43,598 nt of DNA, taken from the NCBI GenBank assembly GCA_038046345.1, contig JBBSWJ010000021.1, positions 1-43,598 of the forward strand, given 5' to 3'. Origin of the DNA: Nanobdellota archaeon (GTDB lineage Archaea > Nanobdellota > Nanobdellia > SCGC-AAA011-G17 > JACPNG01). The notes beneath the pieces are model-generated. The model ran no database searches. It saw only the letters and a list, made by a program, of their open reading frames with translations, and was not told the DNA's origin. The position numbers and the translations under genes are program-made. This document shows, piece by piece, positions 38,047 through 43,598 of the stretch; the first letter of the stretch is position 1; each line of letters opens with the position of its first letter.

Positions 38047-38523
38047 ATGAAAAAAATATTTGCTTATAAACTAGTAATTGTTCTTGCATTTCTAGCTTTA
38101 ATTATCACCGCTTATTTAACATATCAACATTTTGCTCCGGCTGGAAGTAAGTTTTGTAATATATCTGACAGTATTAATTGTGATGTTGTAAACAAATCAA
38201 CCTACTCTGAATTGTTTAAAGCTGTACACTTACAAGAATTAGAAATTTTGTTAAAATTTGATATACCCGTAGCCATTCTTGGTTTGATTGCTTACTTTAG
38301 TATTATAGTCCTGTCACTGTTTTATTTGTATATCTCAAAAATTAATACTAGAAAATACATACAAAAAACACTGCTTGTAATTTCCGGGCTCGGTTCTTTG
38401 TTTTCTGTATATCTAACTTTTATTGAAGCATTTGTTTTACATGCTTGGTGTATTTTTTGCATTACTCAAACTGTTTTGATTATGATTATATTTCTTGTTA
38501 TATTATCAAGAGAAAGAGCTTAA
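38047..38523 (+). CDS. Vitamin K epoxide reductase (VKOR) family protein
   Basis: FC......NCD.V..S.YS, PVAILG, WCIFC CxxC in TM context. Confidence 0.92.
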   Translation: MKKIFAYKLVIVLAFLALIITAYLTYQHFAPAGSKFCNISDSINCDVVNKSTYSELFKAVHLQELEILLKFDIPVAILGLIAYFSIIVLSLFYLYISKINTRKYIQKTLLVISGLGSLFSVYLTFIEAFVLHAWCIFCITQTVLIMIIFLVILSRERA

Positions 38524-39368
38524 TTATTCCCTAGAAATATTGATGGGCCAATATCTACATTGCCACTTGGAATTATCCTATAAGAATCATTATCATCATG
38601 AAATGTTGAGGCCTCAAATATAGCGCATTTAGTAAGACCAGTAAACCGATGATGAAGCCCGGGGTGGATATGAACTAACTGGCCTGCTGTTAGATCAAAC
38701 GACTCATTTTGATAGTTAGTATTTTTTGGATAGTAAAAGAATTCCATTCTAACTTTACCTTCAATAACTAAAAGTGTTTCAGCTTTTATTATATGTTTAT
38801 GTATGCTTGAATGCCATGCTTTCCAGGTAAAATCACCATCTTCGTCTTGTAATCCTTCTGGCCCGTTCATACATAAAAGTTTTCCGCAGTAACCTGCTGG
38901 CGTTACTTGATCATTATTGACTATCACTATCTCCTCACCCCACGCTTTAATCTTATGAACAGGGTCAATTACGTTAACCGGATATAAACCGCTATTTGTA
39001 TATTGTACATTTGCAGCAGGTCCAAAAATGAATAAATCATTGGTTTCTTCTAGCCCACAAATTGAAAACTTACCCATATCAGGTGGAACAGTTATCGAAC
39101 GTCCTTCCCTTAAAACACCAGTAACACATGTCGAATGCGCCGGTGAAAAACGTTCTAGAATTAGATCAACTGCACCTTTATGCATGTAAAATGTTAATGG
39201 TCTATCATTCGGTGGTGTAAATGTTAAGCCATGTTTTAATGATGTTATCATCCCAAAGTAGGGTAAACCTTCTGTTTTTTGCAGATTCGTAACACGCATG
39301 TCTAAACCATGATCTTTATTTTCTTCTTGGATATCAAAAACTTTCCCATAACACTCTCTAACATTCAT
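38520..39368 (-). CDS. Cupin-domain protein (C-terminal sugar-isomerase-like cupin plus a degenerate N-terminal cupin-like half)
   Basis: K.WGEE..IVN, YCGKLL, S.H.H..K.ET, PG..HRF, EAST.H.D.DSYR. Confidence 0.7.
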   Translation of the reverse strand: MNVRECYGKVFDIQEENKDHGLDMRVTNLQKTEGLPYFGMITSLKHGLTFTPPNDRPLTFYMHKGAVDLILERFSPAHSTCVTGVLREGRSITVPPDMGKFSICGLEETNDLFIFGPAANVQYTNSGLYPVNVIDPVHKIKAWGEEIVIVNNDQVTPAGYCGKLLCMNGPEGLQDEDGDFTWKAWHSSIHKHIIKAETLLVIEGKVRMEFFYYPKNTNYQNESFDLTAGQLVHIHPGLHHRFTGLTKCAIFEASTFHDDNDSYRIIPSGNVDIGPSIFLGNN

Positions 39369-39415
39369 GGTATTAATATTTTGTAACAGTTTATATTAAT
39401 TTATATAGAAAAAAA

Positions 39416-40768
39416 CTACCTATTACAGAACTCTACTAATCTTTTTATTGCGTCCACTGCCTCATCAGGAAAATCATATACTGGTACATCAGCTGATTCT
39501 AGACTTCTTTTTAGACTTTGTGTAAACTCCCCGCCAGGAGATACAACAATTATTGGTTTTATTTTTTGCTTTTGGAAATCTATTATCATATCTACTGCAT
39601 CTGTTCCTAATCTTGGTACTTGATACAATAATATTACCAAGATAATATCTATTTGTTTTTCTTTTAAACAACTAATTATTGCTGAAGAATATCTTTGAGT
39701 GTCTGCATCACCAACAAGATCTAAAGGATTGGATATTACCGCAATTTCAGGTAAGCATTTTTGCAATATTTGTTTAGCTTTTTTGCTTAAATCTGGCATA
39801 ATCAAACCAGCCTGCTCTGCTGCATCAGCTGCCAATATACCAAAACCACCACCATCAGTTATTACCTGCAGTTTATTTCCCCTTACTTTAAACCCTTTAT
39901 CAAATATTTTTGCTACATTAAACATTTCCCTTAAAGAAAATACTTGGATTATACCAGCTTGCTTAAACACGCCCCCATATACTTTTTCTGATCCAGCTAT
40001 TGAGCCAGTATGAGAGATTGTTGCTTCACGCCCTTTTGTTGTTATACCTGCTTTAAGAATTATTACTGGTTTCTTTTTAGCTACTTTTTTTACTGTTGTT
40101 AAAAACTTTTTTCCGTTTTGTACACCTTCAATGTATGCACATATAACTTTAGTGTTTTTATCATGACCAAGATAATCCAACAAATCAGTTTCATCTATAT
40201 TTGTTGCATTTCCGTAACTAATAAACTTCGCTACACCATACCCCTCATAGCCAATCAAATCAAGAGTAGCTGATCCTACCGCTCCAGATTGACTTATAAA
40301 ACTAATACCACCAGCCCTTGGTCTTCTCAATCTATACCTAGGCAGAAATAAAGTATCTAATCCGTTATATGAGTTTAATACACCTAAACAGTTTACACCA
40401 ATACATTTTATTTTATGAGTATTCATGAAATCCCGTATTTTATCTTCTAGTTTTGTATTGCCTATTTCTTTAAAGCCTGCGGAGATTATGATAACATTCC
40501 TTATCTTTTTTTTAGCGCAGTCATGTAACACAGTTAGAACTTGTTTAGCTGGTATTGATATCACTACTAAATCTATTACTTCTTTTATTGTTCTTAAGCT
40601 CTTATTTACTTTTCTTCCAAGAATGTATCCACCATTTCTGTTTACTAAATATACTTTACCATTGTAAGATCCGTCTATGATATTCCTGAGTATAACATGC
40701 CCAACTTTGTTAGGATTATCTGATACACCAACTATTGCTATGCTTTTTGCATCAAAGAATTTTTTCAA
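39416..40768 (-). CDS. acdA: Acetate--CoA ligase (ADP-forming) alpha subunit
   Basis: SIAIVGVSDNPNKVG, ISAGFKE, GVNCLG, SQSGA, HTGS phospho-His, NPLDL.GDA. Confidence 0.92.
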   Translation of the reverse strand: MKKFFDAKSIAIVGVSDNPNKVGHVILRNIIDGSYNGKVYLVNRNGGYILGRKVNKSLRTIKEVIDLVVISIPAKQVLTVLHDCAKKKIRNVIIISAGFKEIGNTKLEDKIRDFMNTHKIKCIGVNCLGVLNSYNGLDTLFLPRYRLRRPRAGGISFISQSGAVGSATLDLIGYEGYGVAKFISYGNATNIDETDLLDYLGHDKNTKVICAYIEGVQNGKKFLTTVKKVAKKKPVIILKAGITTKGREATISHTGSIAGSEKVYGGVFKQAGIIQVFSLREMFNVAKIFDKGFKVRGNKLQVITDGGGFGILAADAAEQAGLIMPDLSKKAKQILQKCLPEIAVISNPLDLVGDADTQRYSSAIISCLKEKQIDIILVILLYQVPRLGTDAVDMIIDFQKQKIKPIIVVSPGGEFTQSLKRSLESADVPVYDFPDEAVDAIKRLVEFCNR

Positions 40769-40866
40769 TAATCACCCCATTATGTTTTATTGTAAAATAT
40801 ACTTCTTTTTAACTATATCGAAAACTTTGAATAACCTTTTTATACTATTTGATGCTTACAGCTAAT

Positions 40867-41667
40867 ATGACACTATGCATAGGCGCATTATGTGACAATG
40901 GTAACCGCATAGTTTTAACTGGCGATAGAAGAGTAAGTACTACTCTTGACGCGCTTACTTTTAAGCTACCGCAGCCTAAAATAGTTATTGTTGGTTCATT
41001 TGGTTTAAGTTTCGCAGGTAGACCTTATCCGGAATTAACACAATCCATATCAAGAGAAGCTGGAAAAAATAAACCTGGATGTTTTGATGAGTTTTCAGAA
41101 CTAGTTAAACGTAATTATTATAGATTCAGAGAAAAAAAAATGGAGGAATATTTGTTGAACATACTTCCACCAGCTTTAATAGCAAACTTTGTTGGAGGTG
41201 ACGGATCGTACTCGAAAGAGGAGTTGCAACAGCTGTTAGCAAAATATAACCTTGAAGCTGAGTTTATACTATCTGGTTTTGATAGCAACGGGGTTGGGCA
41301 TTTAACACGCTTGCAGGATGATAACCCCGCTACAGCTAGCCCTTTTGATTCATTTGACTCCGTCAGTTGGCTTCGTATTGGAGCAGGTAATATTGCATCA
41401 CACTATATAGCTAATAGGATTAATCCTTCAGATAGCTTAAACAAAATGGTTTATACTTTATTTTCTGCACACCAACATTGCAGTGATACTGTAGGCTGTA
41501 TCAGCAGAGAAGTAGACATTGTTGTTTTAGGAATAGATGGTAGCTACCGGCTTAATGATAAAAAAATAGCAAAGTTAAAAGCAATCTATAAATTAGAGCA
41601 ACGAGAAAATGCAAGATCATTAGAAGAAGCATTAAAAAAAGCCAGTGATATAAAACTACTACCTTAA
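40867..41667 (+). CDS. Proteasome-beta-like Ntn-hydrolase-fold protein, distinct from psmB
   Basis: Likely start MTLCIG at 40867, giving an N-terminal Thr; IVLTGDRRV, PKI, FILSGFD, IGAG, D..VG motifs. Confidence 0.6.
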   Translation: MTLCIGALCDNGNRIVLTGDRRVSTTLDALTFKLPQPKIVIVGSFGLSFAGRPYPELTQSISREAGKNKPGCFDEFSELVKRNYYRFREKKMEEYLLNILPPALIANFVGGDGSYSKEELQQLLAKYNLEAEFILSGFDSNGVGHLTRLQDDNPATASPFDSFDSVSWLRIGAGNIASHYIANRINPSDSLNKMVYTLFSAHQHCSDTVGCISREVDIVVLGIDGSYRLNDKKIAKLKAIYKLEQRENARSLEEALKKASDIKLLP

Positions 41668-42551
41668 ACCTTTTTTAGTTTAGCCACAAAAAATCCTTCA
41701 GTGTCATTATCCTGCGGCCAAATTCTTAAACATTTCTTTACTTCTGATGAATATTCAACACCATTAAATTCTTCCACCGTCTTAGAGCTTTTAATGTTTA
41801 AGTTTATCTTCTCAACTGAGACATCATCAAAGTTTTCTAATAAGTAATCAACCACACCCTCATTTTCCTCAGGCTCAAGTGTGCATGTAGAATACACCAA
41901 AACACCATCTTTTTTTAGAAGTTTCCATGAATTGTATAATAATTTCTTTTGCTGAATTGCTAATTTTTTTATTATGTTCACATTATACATCTGTATTGTT
42001 TTTGGACTTTTTCTTATAGCCCCAATACCAGAACAAGGAGCATCAACTAAGATTCTATCAAACTGCATCCCCCTAATTCTCTCACCCCGATTGAAAGTAA
42101 CAACAGCATTACTAACACCGCACCTTTCAAGATTTACTGATAATGGCTTCAATCTGTCAACTGTTACATCATTTGCTATTATTAATCCTGTATTTTTTGT
42201 TAACGCCGCAATTTGAGTTGTTTTTGATCCAGGAGCTGCAGCAATATCTAATATAATGTCTCCTTCTTTTGGAGCTAAAACTACTGGCGGGATCATGCTA
42301 GCTGCTTCTTGAATGTACATATATCCCATAAAATGTTCAGGAGTGTTCCCTAATGCAAATGACTCCAAGAAGAATCCCTCATCGCACCATGGCACCTGTT
42401 TCATCATAAATCTAGCTTTCATATCTTTTACTGTAGTCTTTAATGTATTGACTCTTAACGAATTTCTTAATGGAATATTATTTATCTCCATAAACTCATC
42501 AAAGTTAGTTAACTCCTTATACCTTTCAATAAATGAATTCTTTAAAATCAT
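41664..42551 (-). CDS. RsmB/NOL1/NOP2/Sun-family RNA m5C methyltransferase
   Basis: YIQEAASM.P, AAPGSKT, DAPCSG, LVYSTCT..PEENE, TEGFFVAKL. Confidence 0.95.
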   Translation of the reverse strand: MILKNSFIERYKELTNFDEFMEINNIPLRNSLRVNTLKTTVKDMKARFMMKQVPWCDEGFFLESFALGNTPEHFMGYMYIQEAASMIPPVVLAPKEGDIILDIAAAPGSKTTQIAALTKNTGLIIANDVTVDRLKPLSVNLERCGVSNAVVTFNRGERIRGMQFDRILVDAPCSGIGAIRKSPKTIQMYNVNIIKKLAIQQKKLLYNSWKLLKKDGVLVYSTCTLEPEENEGVVDYLLENFDDVSVEKINLNIKSSKTVEEFNGVEYSSEVKKCLRIWPQDNDTEGFFVAKLKKV

Positions 42552-42599
42552 ACTATAAAAAAAAGAAATTCATTTAAATAACTTACCTTGAACATACTT

Positions 42600-43568
42600 A
42601 TGAAACCTTTTATAGAAAAGGGATTTTTAATCTACAGAAACGCACCATCATCCCTAGTTATTGCTTGTTTACATGCCGGACCAAGTTTTGAAAGTATTGT
42701 AAACAGAGATGAGAATACTGATGTTGCAGGCGGTTTTCTATGGAAGAATATAGGCGGCAGCTTAATTGTTGTTTCACTACCACGATCTAGAATGTGGGGG
42801 ATTGATTTTAATCGTGGAATACCAAAGGCTGATCAAGCTTTAGAGATTTATAATGATTATTTTAACAATCCAGACATAAACAGTAAACTTAATGAATTTC
42901 GTAAGAAATACGCATGGGCCGCAGCAAATGAAGAAGATTATGCAACTCGTTTAGGATGCTATCAGAAATTTTGGGAAGAAGTATGCTTAGGCAATGAGAT
43001 AATACTATTACACCGACAACACTCCTGCCTCAAAAATGTTCCAAGCATGATTGATTTCACTAGCTTTGGTTCTATAAAAAACCAAGAAATAAGCAAAGCA
43101 ACAAGATTCATCAACAAAAAATACTCTGTATTCCTTGATAAAACCCAATACGATTACCGCCGCATGATTGCTTTTGAAAGTAAACGCCGTATTCTACAAT
43201 TAATGAAATTATTTGGCAATGTTAATCCAAAAATAATAGGTCCATCATATCGTGAAGCTTTAGAAAAAGACTTAGCTGTAGCATATAAGTACGCAGATAA
43301 AATAGCAATTAATAATATAAGAAGATCATTTAACGAGAATACTCTTTTTCAACTAATAGAAAATGCCTTGCACCATATCCCTGTTCCAAGAATTACCCAT
43401 GAATTCATTTTTAGAGGCGAGCTATCCCACGGACCATTAAACAAATTATTTCCATTCAATGGCAAAAAAATCTTACAAGTTGAATGCAGCTCTTTTTTAT
43501 TATATTGGCATCCTGTTGTTGCTGCAGATATGATCACTGATCTATACAACCTGTTAATGAAACCTTGA
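42600..43568 (+). CDS. Hypothetical protein, possibly N-formylglutamate amidohydrolase-like fold
   Basis: LHAG, RD..TD, SR...DFNR, LH..H, QVE pattern; ATG at 42600 (ORF track starts at TTG 42588). Confidence 0.5.
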   Translation: MKPFIEKGFLIYRNAPSSLVIACLHAGPSFESIVNRDENTDVAGGFLWKNIGGSLIVVSLPRSRMWGIDFNRGIPKADQALEIYNDYFNNPDINSKLNEFRKKYAWAAANEEDYATRLGCYQKFWEEVCLGNEIILLHRQHSCLKNVPSMIDFTSFGSIKNQEISKATRFINKKYSVFLDKTQYDYRRMIAFESKRRILQLMKLFGNVNPKIIGPSYREALEKDLAVAYKYADKIAINNIRRSFNENTLFQLIENALHHIPVPRITHEFIFRGELSHGPLNKLFPFNGKKILQVECSSFLLYWHPVVAADMITDLYNLLMKP

Positions 43569-43598
43569 ATTTTTTATTACTATAGATTCCTGATATTT

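Noticed and set aside
855-43549. Many short ORFs antisense or out of frame within conserved genes (e.g. 5771..6136, 6260..6751, 13678..14202, 15353..15673, 23321..23647)
   Set aside because: These are shadow frames of well-supported genes, with no motifs or independent expression signals.
112-43568. Additional introns in other conserved genes (rli, dph5, tmk, cca, psmB, aCPSF1, ncsA, acdA, m5C methyltransferase)
   Set aside because: All have intact N-termini and motifs with no obvious insertions. Short stop-free in-frame introns cannot be excluded without alignments.
1-43598. DGR template repeat or avd gene
   Set aside because: Scanning by eye found no AAC-rich copy of the VR (e.g. GGCCTCAACGGCAAC) on either strand and no Avd-like ORF. 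A computational alignment is needed to exclude a diverged copy.
1-43598. CRISPR array, cas genes, rRNA, transposase
   Set aside because: No regularly spaced repeat-spacer pattern or recognisable motifs. The only tandem repeat is the 3 x 17-nt unit, which has no spacers.

Overview
AT-rich window from a small-genome archaeon. The gene set (ABCE1, Dph5, class I CCA-adding enzyme, proteasome beta subunit, aCPSF1, NcsA/SAMP/UbaA sulfur relay, BHB-intron tRNAs, a DGR-type RT fragment) points by inference to DPANN/Nanobdellota, Woesearchaeales-like. Most of it is housekeeping and cell-surface genes. The standout is a 30-nt bulge-helix-bulge/loop (tRNA-type) intron inside the protein-coding gene rnhB (13660..13689). 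It splits the catalytic DDSGR|GP motif and carries an in-frame TAA, so full-length RNase HII should require mRNA splicing. Nearby are an initiator tRNA-Met with three introns, a tRNA-Ser(GCT) with two, and a 524-aa LAGLIDADG intein in the SMC Walker A motif. A decayed accessory patch next to the tRNA-Ser 3' end holds a DGR-like target gene, a truncated DGR-type RT and a probable integrase tail; no template repeat was found. Other oddities are a secreted protein with outer-membrane beta-barrel features, an anthrax-LF/PPEP-like metalloprotease, a second proteasome-fold Ntn protein, and a THUMP-less ThiI. All calls come from reading motifs by eye; no searches were run.
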